Positions 55,669-64,000 of a stretch of 64,000 nt of DNA are shown in pieces. Below the pieces are notes generated by a model. The model was not told the origin of the DNA. It was given only the letters and a program-made list of their open reading frames with translations, and made no database searches. Source of the stretch: Gaiellaceae bacterium (lineage in GTDB: Bacteria > Actinomycetota > Thermoleophilia > Gaiellales > Gaiellaceae); assembly GCA_036496985.1 (NCBI GenBank), contig DASXKE010000202.1:4678-68677 (forward strand), in the 5' to 3' direction. How positions within the stretch are numbered: the first letter of the stretch is position 1; every line of letters starts with the position of its first letter. A program made the translations under genes and the position numbers.

Positions 55669-56437
55669 GACCGCGGCGGTCGTTGCGCACGGCCGCGTCG
55701 ACGTCGGCGAGGCCGTGCGGCGGGTCGGTGCGGTGGCCGAGAAGACGGGCGTCGAGCTCGTCGACGAGCCGGACCGTGCCCAGCTCGTGGTCGCGGTCGG
55801 CGGCGACGGGACGATCCTGCGCACGCTCGCGCGCCTGCTCGGCACGGGCATCCCGGTCATAGGCATCAACTTCGGACGGGTCGGCTTCCTCGCCTCGATC
55901 GCACCGGAGCGGCTCGAAGCTGACCTCGCGCGCGTCTTCGCCGGCGAGTACCGGACGATCGAGCAGCCGACGCTCGAGGCGCAGCTCGACGGCGAGATGT
56001 TCGCCGCGGTCAACGACGTCGTCGCCACGAGCTCGAAGCTCGGGCGGATGATCGAGCTCGGCTGGGCGATCGCAGGCGAGGACCTCGGGGTTGTGTCGTG
56101 CGACGGGATGATCTGCTCGACCCCGTCCGGCTCGACGGCGTACAACCTCTCGAACGGCGGCCCCGTCCTCGTGCGCGGGCTCGACGCGATGGCGATCACG
56201 TTCATCGCGCCGCACTCGCTCGATGCCCGGCCGCTCGTCGTGCCGCGCGGTGCGGAGTTGACAGTGCGGAATGCAACGCCGGACGCCGGCGCCGCCGTTC
56301 TCGTAGACGGGCGCGACAGCGGTGCGCTCGCACCCGACCGGACACTCTCGATCCGGCTCGGCGAGCAGCGCAGCCTCCTGGCGACGCTGCCCGAGACGAC
56401 GTTCTTCCGCCGCTACCGCGAGACGTTCACGTCCTAA
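55628..56437 (+). CDS. nadK: NAD kinase
   Basis: VVAVGGDGTILR, GINFGRVGFL, STPSGSTAYNLSNGGP. Confidence 0.85.
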   Translation: MTSTSGSSTHSPVETAAVVAHGRVDVGEAVRRVGAVAEKTGVELVDEPDRAQLVVAVGGDGTILRTLARLLGTGIPVIGINFGRVGFLASIAPERLEADLARVFAGEYRTIEQPTLEAQLDGEMFAAVNDVVATSSKLGRMIELGWAIAGEDLGVVSCDGMICSTPSGSTAYNLSNGGPVLVRGLDAMAITFIAPHSLDARPLVVPRGAELTVRNATPDAGAAVLVDGRDSGALAPDRTLSIRLGEQRSLLATLPETTFFRRYRETFTS

Positions 56438-56481
56438 AGAGCGGATGGGCGGCGTCGGCCCGCGGGTCTACGATCGCTTGC

Positions 56482-58095
56482 GTGCTCCGGCGGCTCCGTA
56501 TCGAGAACCTCGTCCTCATTCGCGAGGCAGAGCTCGAGCTTGCGCCCGGGCTGAACGCGATCACGGGAGAGACGGGCGCCGGCAAGACGATCCTCGCCCA
56601 GGCGCTCGGCCTTCTGCTCGGCGCGAAGGGCGACGACTCGTACGTCGGCGCGGCCGCGCACGAGGCATATGTCGAGGCGGAGCTCGACCTCCACGACGAT
56701 CTCGACGAGCTCTCGGAGCTGCGGCCGGAGGACGAGGACGCGCTCGTCATCTCGCGTCGTGTCTTCGCCGACGGCCGGACGCGCGCCTACGCGTGGGGAC
56801 GCGCCGCGGCGCGGGAGGACGTCGCCGCAGCCGTCGAGCACGTCGTCGCTATGTCGGGCCAGTTCGAGCAGCGGCGGCTCGCGCGTCCGTCGTATCAGCT
56901 CGAAGTACTCGACCGGTTCTGCGGCGAGGAGCAGCTCGCCCGGCGCGCCGCGGCACGAACAGCGTGGCGCGATCTGCAGACGGCGAGGCGCCGGCATGAC
57001 GAGCTGACCGCGAATGCGGCCGTGGCCGAGGCCCGGCTTGCCGAGTTGAGAGCGCTCGTCGAGGACACCGAAGGCATGGACGCCGGGGAGGAGGAGCGCC
57101 TGCGAACCGAGCGCGAGCGGCATCGGCACGTCGCCGAGCTCGGCGCGGGCGCGGCAGCTGCCGCCGCCGCGCTGACGCCCGATGACGGAGACGGTGCCAC
57201 CGACCTCGTCGCGCTCGCGGAGCGCTCGGTCGCGCCGCTCGAGCGGCTCGCACCCGAGCTGCAGCGCGCCGGCGACGAGCTCCGCGACGTCGAGCTGCGC
57301 CTGCGCGAGACAGCGTCCGACCTCCACGCCTTCCTGGCCTCGCTCGAAGCGGAACCCGGTCGGCTAGAGGAGATCGAGGCAGCGCTCGACCGGTTCGCCC
57401 AGGCGAAGCGCCGCTTCCACTGCGCGACCGACGACGAGCTTCTTGCGCGGCGCGACGAGGCGCAGGCCGAGCTAGCCGCACTCGAGGACGGGTCCGACCC
57501 GGCTGAGCTCGCCGCCCGCGAGCTTGCCGAGGCCGAGTCGCGGATCCAGGCGCTCGCGCTCGAGCTGCGCGCGGAGCGGAACGCCGCAGCGCCCGCCTTC
57601 GCCGACGCCGTGGCCGCCGAGCTGCGCGGCGTCGGCATGGGAGACGGCGAGTTCGTCTGTGAGCTCCGTGAGCGCGACGAGCCTGGAGCGACCGGCGCCG
57701 ACGAGGCCGTGTTCCTCGTCCGCCCGAACGCGGGGCTGCCGTTCGCGCCGGTTGCGGAGACGGCGTCGGGCGGCGAGCTCTCGCGCATTGCGCTGGCCAT
57801 CGCGGCCGTCGCGGGCGGGGACACGCTCGTCTTCGACGAGATCGACGCGGGCATCGGTGGCGAGACAGCTCACGCGGTGGGAGGATTGCTCCGGCGCCTC
57901 GCCGAGCACGCTCAGGTCGTGACCATTACCCACCTGCCGCAGATCGCCGCCCTCGCCGATCGCCACTTCCGCGTGGAGAAGACAGCGGGAGACCCGACGC
58001 ACACGCGCATCGAGCAGCTCGGGGACGAGGAGCGGAAGGCGGAGCTCGAGCGGATGCTGGGCGGAGAGGAGTTCCTTGCCGCGGTACGCGGCTAG
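56482..58095 (+). CDS. recN: DNA repair protein RecN
   Basis: LRIENLVLIREAELELAPGLNAITGETGAGKTIL, a long coiled coil, SGGELSRIALA, LVFDEIDAGIGG. Confidence 0.9.
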   Translation: MLRRLRIENLVLIREAELELAPGLNAITGETGAGKTILAQALGLLLGAKGDDSYVGAAAHEAYVEAELDLHDDLDELSELRPEDEDALVISRRVFADGRTRAYAWGRAAAREDVAAAVEHVVAMSGQFEQRRLARPSYQLEVLDRFCGEEQLARRAAARTAWRDLQTARRRHDELTANAAVAEARLAELRALVEDTEGMDAGEEERLRTERERHRHVAELGAGAAAAAAALTPDDGDGATDLVALAERSVAPLERLAPELQRAGDELRDVELRLRETASDLHAFLASLEAEPGRLEEIEAALDRFAQAKRRFHCATDDELLARRDEAQAELAALEDGSDPAELAARELAEAESRIQALALELRAERNAAAPAFADAVAAELRGVGMGDGEFVCELRERDEPGATGADEAVFLVRPNAGLPFAPVAETASGGELSRIALAIAAVAGGDTLVFDEIDAGIGGETAHAVGGLLRRLAEHAQVVTITHLPQIAALADRHFRVEKTAGDPTHTRIEQLGDEERKAELERMLGGEEFLAAVRG

Positions 58096-58498
58096 CCGCA
58101 CGCTTCCCGCCCCCGTCGACGACGTGTGGGCGGTGCTCGCGGAGCCGGAGCGCTGGCCGGAATGGTGGCCGGGGCTCGTCGGCGCACGGCCGACGGTGCG
58201 GCGCGCACTCGCCCCCGGATCCCACTGGCACCTCGAGGGCTCGGACCGGTCGGGCTTCGGCAAGCGACCGCAGCTGGGCGGGTCGCTGATCTTCCTCGAG
58301 GTCGTGCCGTTCAAGCGCATCGCGTTCCAGCTCTCCGGCGAGCGCGCCGACGTCGAGCTCGACCTCGTCGAGGTGGAGGACCGCCAGACGCAGGCGACCC
58401 TCGGCATCGAGGCCCCACGTTTCGGAGGCATGGGGCGGACGATGCCGTCGCAGGCGCTTGCGAGGCTCGCCGCGCTCGTCCGTCCGCCGGCCGAGTAG
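58076..58498 (+). CDS. SRPBCC (START/polyketide cyclase-like) family protein
   Basis: About 140 aa, PAPVDDVWAVLAEPERWPEWWPG is typical of the family. TTG start overlapping the end of recN. Confidence 0.6.
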   Translation: MPRYAASRTLPAPVDDVWAVLAEPERWPEWWPGLVGARPTVRRALAPGSHWHLEGSDRSGFGKRPQLGGSLIFLEVVPFKRIAFQLSGERADVELDLVEVEDRQTQATLGIEAPRFGGMGRTMPSQALARLAALVRPPAE

Positions 58499-58538
58499 GC
58501 GTCGACCGCGTCCACCGACGCTGCTACCCTGAAATCCC

Positions 58539-60179
58539 GTGAGCGCGCGGGCCCCGAAGTACGTCTTTGTGACTGGGGGCGTCGTGTCGGCTCTGGGCAA
58601 GGGAATCGTCGCCGCCTCGCTCGGTCGGCTGCTCAAGGCGCGGGGTCTGCGCGTGCAGTTGCAGAAGTTCGATCCGTACCTCAACGTCGATCCCGGGACG
58701 ATGAGCCCGTTCCAGCACGGGGAGGTCTTCGTCACCGAGGACGGGGCCGAGACCGACCTCGACATCGGCCACTACGAGCGTTTCGTCGACGAGAACTTCC
58801 TGCGCAGCGCGAGTCACAGCGCGGGCGCGATCTGGGACACCGTGCTGCGCAAGGAGCGCAAAGGCGACTTCCTCGGCGCGACGGTGCAGGTCATCCCGCA
58901 CATCACGAACGAGATCAAGGCGCGCATCCGCCGCGCCGCCGAGGCGAGCCCGACCGACGTCGTCATCTCCGAGATCGGAGGCACCGTCGGCGACATCGAG
59001 TCGCTCCCGTTCCTCGAGGCGATCCGCCAGTTCCGGCGGGAGGTCGGTACCGAGAACGCCGTCTACGTCCACGTGACGCTCGTGCCGTTCATCGAGGCGG
59101 CCGGCGAGCTGAAGACGAAGCCCACCCAGCACTCGGTGAACGAGCTGCGCCGCATCGGCATCCATCCGGATGTCGTGGTGTGCCGCTCGCACGAGGAGCT
59201 CTCGCGCGACATCCGGGACAAGATCGCGCTCTTCGCCGACGTCGACCCTGGAGCCGTCGTCGCGAGCCCGGACGTCCCCGACGTCTACGAGGTGCCGCGC
59301 GTCCTCGAGCGCGAGGGCCTCGACCGGCTGGTCGGCGAGCGGCTCGGCCTCGAGCTCGGCGAGCCGGATCTGTCCGAATGGGACGAGCTGCTCGAGCGCA
59401 TCCACTCCCGCCGCGAGGTCGTCGAGATCGCGCTCGTCGGCAAGTACGTGAAGCTCCAGGACGCCTACCTGTCAGTCCACGAGGCGCTCAAGCACGCCGG
59501 GCTGGAGCACGGTTGCGCGATTCGGGTGCGGTGGGTCGACGCCGAGGACATGTCGTACGACGAGACGGCGGAGCTCCTGGAAGGTGTCGACGGCGTGCTC
59601 GTCCCCGGCGGCTTCGGCTCACGTGGTTGGGAGGGGAAGATCCTCGCCTGCCAGGTCGCGCGCGAGCGCCGCATCCCGTATCTCGGCATCTGCCTCGGCA
59701 TGCACGTTGCCGTCTCGGAGTTCGCGCGGCACGTGGTGGGCCTCGAAGGCGCGAACTCGACCGAGATGGATCCCGAGACGCCGTATCCGGTGATCGATCT
59801 CCTCCCGGAGCAGAAGGGGATCGAAGACCTCGGCGGCACGATGCGCCTTGGAGCGCAGGCGGTCGAGGTGGCCGACGGGACGCGTACGCGCGACCTGTAC
59901 GGCGATGCCACGGTCCACGAGCGGCATCGGCATCGTTACGAGGTGAACAACAGCTACCGCGAGCGGCTCGTCGACGCGGGGCTCGTCGTGAGCGGCACGT
60001 TCCAGGAGGGCCGGCTCGTCGAGATCGTCGAGCTGCCCGATCATCCCTGGTTCGTCGCGAGCCAGTTCCATCCTGAGTTCAAGTCGCGGCCGACGCGGGC
60101 GACGCCGCTCTTCCGCGGCTTCGTCGGCGCTGCCCTCGACCGTGCCCGGCTGCGGGCCGGCGAACACGTCGCGGTCTAG
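58539..60179 (+). CDS. pyrG: CTP synthase
   Basis: [30 protein letters not shown], and a glutaminase domain with GICLGMH. Confidence 0.93.
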   Translation: MSARAPKYVFVTGGVVSALGKGIVAASLGRLLKARGLRVQLQKFDPYLNVDPGTMSPFQHGEVFVTEDGAETDLDIGHYERFVDENFLRSASHSAGAIWDTVLRKERKGDFLGATVQVIPHITNEIKARIRRAAEASPTDVVISEIGGTVGDIESLPFLEAIRQFRREVGTENAVYVHVTLVPFIEAAGELKTKPTQHSVNELRRIGIHPDVVVCRSHEELSRDIRDKIALFADVDPGAVVASPDVPDVYEVPRVLEREGLDRLVGERLGLELGEPDLSEWDELLERIHSRREVVEIALVGKYVKLQDAYLSVHEALKHAGLEHGCAIRVRWVDAEDMSYDETAELLEGVDGVLVPGGFGSRGWEGKILACQVARERRIPYLGICLGMHVAVSEFARHVVGLEGANSTEMDPETPYPVIDLLPEQKGIEDLGGTMRLGAQAVEVADGTRTRDLYGDATVHERHRHRYEVNNSYRERLVDAGLVVSGTFQEGRLVEIVELPDHPWFVASQFHPEFKSRPTRATPLFRGFVGAALDRARLRAGEHVAV

Positions 60180-60190
60180 ACCTCGGCGCT

Positions 60191-60196
60191 TAGGAT
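60191..60196 (+). promoter_or_regulatory. -10-like box TAGGAT, 6 nt upstream of GTG 60203
   Basis: Read directly. Confidence 0.45.
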
Positions 60197-60202
60197 CGAC
60201 GC

Positions 60203-61309
60203 GTGTCCGAGGTAGTCGACGTCCTCTTCGAGCTGGCAGCGATTCCGAGCCCACCGGGCGAGGAGCGCGCTGTCGCGGACGTCGTGCTGCGCTACCTGCG
60301 CGAGCTGGGTCTCGATCCCGACGAAGACGATTGCGGCCCGCGGATCGGTTCGAGCGCCGGCAACGTCTATGCGCGGGTCGAACCGACGAGCGAGGGCACG
60401 CCGCTCTTTCTCTGCGCGCACATGGACACGGTGCCGCCCGACGGAGACCTCGAACCGGTCGTCGAGGACGGCACCGTCCGGAACGCCGGCGGCACGATCC
60501 TCGGCTGCGACAACAAGGCGGCAGTCGCGGCCATGCTCGAAGGCGTGCGGCGCGTGGTCGTCGAGAACATGCCGCACGCGGGCATCGAGCTCGTATTCAC
60601 GCCGAAGGAAGAGGTCGGCCTCGTCGGCGCGTATGCCTTCGATCACGATCGCCTTCACGCGCGGACGGGCTACGTCTACGACCAGGAGGGGGCGATGGGC
60701 GAGGTCGTGCTCGGCGCTCCGTGGTCGCGGGCGATGGAGGTGCGGTTCCACGGCCGGTCGGCCCACGCGGGGATGGCGCCCGAAGAGGGACGCTCGGCGA
60801 TTCAGGCCGCGGCGAAGGCGATCGCCGACCTTCGCCTCGGCCGGGTCGACGAGCTGACGACGTCGAACGTGGGCACGATCAAGGGCGGCACGGCCGGAAA
60901 CGTCGTTCCGGAGTGGTGCATGTTCTCGGCCGAGGCGCGCTCCCACGACGAGGCGCAGCTCGCCGAGGTGGTGCAGGAGATGCTCGACGCGTTCAGCTTC
61001 GCGGCGACCGACGGCGAGTGCGAGGTCGAGACGACGATGCGTAAGAGCTACGACGGCTACAAGCTGAAGCAGGACGAGCCGGCGGTCGCGCTCGCGGCGG
61101 CGGCGTTCGCGCGCTGCGGTTTCGAGCCGCGCTACGGACTGTCGGGCGGTGGCGCGGACGCGAACGTCTTCAACGGGCGAGGCCGCCGCTGCGTGAACCT
61201 GTCGCACGGAGTGTTCGGCTTCCACACGCCCGACGAACACGTCTCCGTCGCCGATCTCGAGGCAATGGTCGACGTGACGGTAGCGCTCGCCGAAGCCGCG
61301 CGCGCATGA
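60203..61309 (+). CDS. M20/M25/M40 family metallopeptidase (PepT-like)
   Basis: LCAHMDTVPP, GCDNKAAVAAM, EEVGLVGA. Confidence 0.8.
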   Translation: MSEVVDVLFELAAIPSPPGEERAVADVVLRYLRELGLDPDEDDCGPRIGSSAGNVYARVEPTSEGTPLFLCAHMDTVPPDGDLEPVVEDGTVRNAGGTILGCDNKAAVAAMLEGVRRVVVENMPHAGIELVFTPKEEVGLVGAYAFDHDRLHARTGYVYDQEGAMGEVVLGAPWSRAMEVRFHGRSAHAGMAPEEGRSAIQAAAKAIADLRLGRVDELTTSNVGTIKGGTAGNVVPEWCMFSAEARSHDEAQLAEVVQEMLDAFSFAATDGECEVETTMRKSYDGYKLKQDEPAVALAAAAFARCGFEPRYGLSGGGADANVFNGRGRRCVNLSHGVFGFHTPDEHVSVADLEAMVDVTVALAEAARA

Positions 61310-61809
61310 GCCTCGAGCCGGACTCTGCGGAGCGCGTCTACGAAGGTCGGCTGCTCGGCCTGACGGTCGAACGGTGGGGAGACCACGAACGCGAGATCGT
61401 CGAACATCCGGGGGCGGTCGCGATCGTCGCCGTCGACGAGGAGGGGTACGTCGCGCTCGTGCGGCAGCTTCGCGAGGCCACGCGGGAGCGGCTGCTCGAG
61501 CTGCCTGCCGGAACGGCGGAGCCGGGCGAGGAGCCACTGGAGACCGCGAAGCGGGAGCTCCGCGAGGAGTGCGGGCTGACGGGCGGCGAGTGGCGTGAGC
61601 TGGCGGCGTTCTGGACGACTCCCGGCTTCTGCCGGGAGCGGATGCATCTGTTCGCGGCGGAGGGTGTCGCTCGCGGTGAGGCGGCGCCCGAGGAGGACGA
61701 GGAGCTCGAGCTCGTCCGCTGGCGGGTCACCGAGATCCGCGACCGCCTGCCGGAGATCGAGGACGCCAAGACGCTCGCCGGTCTGTTGCTGTTTCTCGCG
61801 ACGTCCTGA
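61306..61809 (+). CDS. NUDIX hydrolase (ADP-ribose pyrophosphatase-like)
   Basis: Nudix box GTAEPGEEPLETAKRELREECGL. Confidence 0.85.
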   Translation: MSLEPDSAERVYEGRLLGLTVERWGDHEREIVEHPGAVAIVAVDEEGYVALVRQLREATRERLLELPAGTAEPGEEPLETAKRELREECGLTGGEWRELAAFWTTPGFCRERMHLFAAEGVARGEAAPEEDEELELVRWRVTEIRDRLPEIEDAKTLAGLLLFLATS

Positions 61810-61844
61810 CGTCCCTGATTTCTCGGCGCGGCTGTCTTTGCACA

Positions 61845-61862
61845 CCCCACCCAAGGGTGGGG
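61845..61862 (+). terminator. Hairpin CCCCACCC-AA-GGGTGGGG downstream of the NUDIX gene
   Basis: 8-bp perfect stem 35 nt after the stop. Only a weak T-rich tail follows. Confidence 0.4.
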
Positions 61863-61994
61863 CGTTGATCCCTCCGCCCTCGCCACCGACGGTACGGCCG
61901 AATGCGTGTCGAAGCCGTGCCGGCCGATCGCGAATCGCCTCCAGCTTCGTCCTCGCTTTGTCGCCTACCCCTGGAGAGATAGTGTCTTCGAGCC

Positions 61995-63116
61995 TTGCGT
62001 ATCGGTGTTCCCAAGGAGATCAAGACCGACGAGTACCGCGTCGCGCTCACGCCGGCAGGCGCTCGTGAGCTGATCCAGCGCGGCCACGAAGTTCTCGTCG
62101 AGACGACCGCCGGAGAGGGCAGCGCCTTCCCGGACGAGCAGTACGAACGCGCAGGCGCGCGGATCGTCTCGGTCGACGACGCTTGGGGACAGGCCGATCT
62201 TCTGCTCAAGGTCAAGGAGCCGATCGAACCGGAGTATGTGCGCCTGCGCGAGGGGCTCGTGCTCTTCACCTACCTCCACATTGCAGCCGACGAGCCGCTC
62301 ACGCGCGCCCTCGTCGACAGCGGCATCGCGGCCGTTGCCTACGAGACCGTGGAGGACGCCCACCGCCTGCCGCTGCTCGCGCCGATGAGCGAGATCGCCG
62401 GGAGGCTCGCACCGCAGGCGGCCGCGCACTTCCTCGAGAAGCCGCTTGGTGGCCGCGGCGTGCTGCTCGCCGGAACGCCGGGCGTCCAGCCCGGTCACGT
62501 CGTCGTGCTGGGAGGCGGAATCGTCGGCTACAACGCCGCGATCATCGCGCTCGGGCTCGGTGCGCGCGTCACGGTCCTCGAGCGCTCGATCGACCGGATG
62601 CGGCACCTCGACGAGATCCTTTCCGGCCGGGTCAGCTTGCTGATGTCGTCGAGCCTCGAGATCGAGCAGACGATCGCGCACGCAGACGTCGTGATCGGCG
62701 CCGTTCTCATCCCGGGTGCGCGAGCCCCGAAGCTCATCAGCCGCGCGATGCTGTCGGAGATGCAGCCTGGCGCCGTCATCGTCGACGTCGCCATCGACCA
62801 GGGCGGGTGCATCGAGACGGCGCACCCCACGACGCACTCGGATCCGGTCTACGAGGTCGACGGGATCGTCCACTACTGCGTCGCGAACATGCCCGGCGGC
62901 GTTCCCGTCACGTCGACGAAGGCGCTGACGAACGCGACACTGCCGTACGTCGAGGCGATCGCCGATCACGGGCTCACGGACGCAGTGGCGAACGATCCGT
63001 CGCTCGGCCGAGGCGTCAACGTTCTCGACGGCAAGATCACGCACGAGGCCGTTGCAGAGGCGCATGGGCTCGACTACACGCCGCTCCGCGACGTCCTGCC
63101 GCTCGCGCCCGTCTAG
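61995..63116 (+). CDS. ald: Alanine dehydrogenase
   Basis: IGVPKEIKTDEYRVALTP, the NAD fold VVVLGGGIVG, and ANMPG. Confidence 0.92.
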   Translation: MRIGVPKEIKTDEYRVALTPAGARELIQRGHEVLVETTAGEGSAFPDEQYERAGARIVSVDDAWGQADLLLKVKEPIEPEYVRLREGLVLFTYLHIAADEPLTRALVDSGIAAVAYETVEDAHRLPLLAPMSEIAGRLAPQAAAHFLEKPLGGRGVLLAGTPGVQPGHVVVLGGGIVGYNAAIIALGLGARVTVLERSIDRMRHLDEILSGRVSLLMSSSLEIEQTIAHADVVIGAVLIPGARAPKLISRAMLSEMQPGAVIVDVAIDQGGCIETAHPTTHSDPVYEVDGIVHYCVANMPGGVPVTSTKALTNATLPYVEAIADHGLTDAVANDPSLGRGVNVLDGKITHEAVAEAHGLDYTPLRDVLPLAPV

Positions 63117-63244
63117 CTCTGCGAAGAGCCGCGGGGCTTGCCGGGCGGAGTCAGCCTCACGACGAGCCACGTCACTGCGGCTGCGAGCCCGACGATCGCG
63201 GCGACGTAGAGGACGAATCCGAGGAGGCCGAGGACATTCTCCAT
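63113..63244 (-). CDS. Possible 43-aa single-TM membrane peptide
   Basis: Hand translation gives MENVLGLLGFVLYVAAIVGLAAAVTWLVVRLTPPGKPRGSSQS. GGGAG lies upstream. It is below the ORF-track size cutoff. Confidence 0.3.
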   Translation of the reverse strand: MENVLGLLGFVLYVAAIVGLAAAVTWLVVRLTPPGKPRGSSQS

Positions 63245-63252
63245 GCGCTCCC

Positions 63253-63258
63253 TAGAAT
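63253..63258 (+). promoter_or_regulatory. -10-like box TAGAAT, 6 nt upstream of GTG 63265 (deoB)
   Basis: Read directly. Confidence 0.45.
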
Positions 63259-63264
63259 AGCCCG

Positions 63265-64000
63265 GTGCCCAGGGCGTGCGTCATCGTGCTCGATGCCGTC
63301 GGTGCCGGCGAGCTGCCGGACGCGGGCCAGTACGGCGACGAAGGATCCAACACGCTTGCCAACGTCGCACGAGCGGTCGGCGGCCTCGACCTACCCAGTC
63401 TCGAGGCGCTCGGCCTCGGCAACGTCGAGCCGCTCGAGGGCTGTCCACCGCAGCCGGGTGCGCAGGCGGTGGCAGGCAGACTGTTCGAGCGATCGAAGGG
63501 CAAGGACACGACGACAGGCCACTGGGAGCACATGGGGATCGTCACCGCCCAGGCCTTTCCCACCTATCCACACGGCTTCCCGCACGACGTCATCGACCCG
63601 TTCATGCACCGCACCGCCCGCGGTGTGCTGGGCAACAAGGCGGCTTCGGGGACGGAGATCATCCAGGAGCTCGGGGAGGAGCACCAGCAGACGGGAAAGT
63701 GGATCGTCTACACCTCGGCCGACTCCGTCTTCCAGATCGCGGCTCACGAGGACACCGTCCCGCTCGAGGAGCTCTATGACGGCTGTCGGGTCGCACGCGA
63801 GATCCTCACTGGCAAGCATGCGGTCGGTCGCGTCATTGCGAGGCCATTCACCGGAGAGCCGGGCAACTACGTCCGGACGCCGAACCGGCACGATTTCTCG
63901 CTCGAGCCGCGCAGGCCGAACTATCTGACGCTCGTCCGCGAGGCGGGCAAGAAGGTGCACGGCGTCGGCAAGATCGGCGACATCTTTGCCGGCTGCGACA
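63265..64000 (+). CDS. deoB: Phosphopentomutase (5' part; the gene runs off the window)
   Basis: Hand translation gives [67 protein letters not shown]. No stop in the window, so it is absent from the ORF track. Confidence 0.85.
   Translation, partial: MPRACVIVLDAVGAGELPDAGQYGDEGSNTLANVARAVGGLDLPSLEALGLGNVEPLEGCPPQPGAQAVAGRLFERSKGKDTTTGHWEHMGIVTAQAFPTYPHGFPHDVIDPFMHRTARGVLGNKAASGTEIIQELGEEHQQTGKWIVYTSADSVFQIAAHEDTVPLEELYDGCRVAREILTGKHAVGRVIARPFTGEPGNYVRTPNRHDFSLEPRRPNYLTLVREAGKKVHGVGKIGDIFAGCD

Overview
This is a high-GC actinobacterial-type chromosome segment. Hand-counted 60-nt lines in ordinary genes give 67-82% G+C. It is densely packed, with about 75 protein genes and 2 tRNAs, and is mostly conserved housekeeping synteny. 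In order it carries: a two-component system; tRNA-Glu; an NlpC/P60 hydrolase; an ABC-2 exporter; tRNA-Gln; an HD/DUF4389/M48 group; a heterodimeric ABC exporter pair; a histidine-utilisation cluster (formimidoyltransferase, hutH-hutU-hutI); hisS-aspS; a TetR-controlled divergent pair; mnmA; a sigma-F-type module; a compositionally atypical 2.3-kb membrane-protein segment; mreB plus a D,D-carboxypeptidase; then the classic actinobacterial run alaS-ruvX-mltG-aroE-aroC-aroK/B-aroQ-pepP-efp ... accC-asp23-nusB-polyprenyl synthase-MFS-tlyA-nadK-recN-pyrG-NUDIX-ald-deoB. Many adjacent genes overlap by ATGA or GTGA, which suggests translational coupling. Several convergent pairs overlap by 4-25 nt. 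I found no rRNA, CRISPR, transposase, integrase, or recognisable phage or defence genes, and no convincing novel multigene system. The items most worth a second look are: (1) a 78-aa coiled-coil ORF with an exact RsiG-type c-di-GMP-binding signature; (2) an in-frame TGA replacing the conserved Gly of the chorismate synthase TAGESHG motif; (3) a BCCP fused to a carboxyltransferase-like domain that seems to have lost its metal ligands, sitting in the accB slot; (4) a degenerate RsbW-like protein coupled to a SigF-type sigma; (5) a lower-GC segment with 35-bp direct repeats bracketing a small gene; (6) a 70-bp tandem hairpin repeat after nusB; and (7) a recurrent TANNNT box 6-9 nt upstream of start codons, implying widespread leaderless transcription. 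Most long ORFs in the supplied track that lie antisense to these genes are high-GC artefacts.
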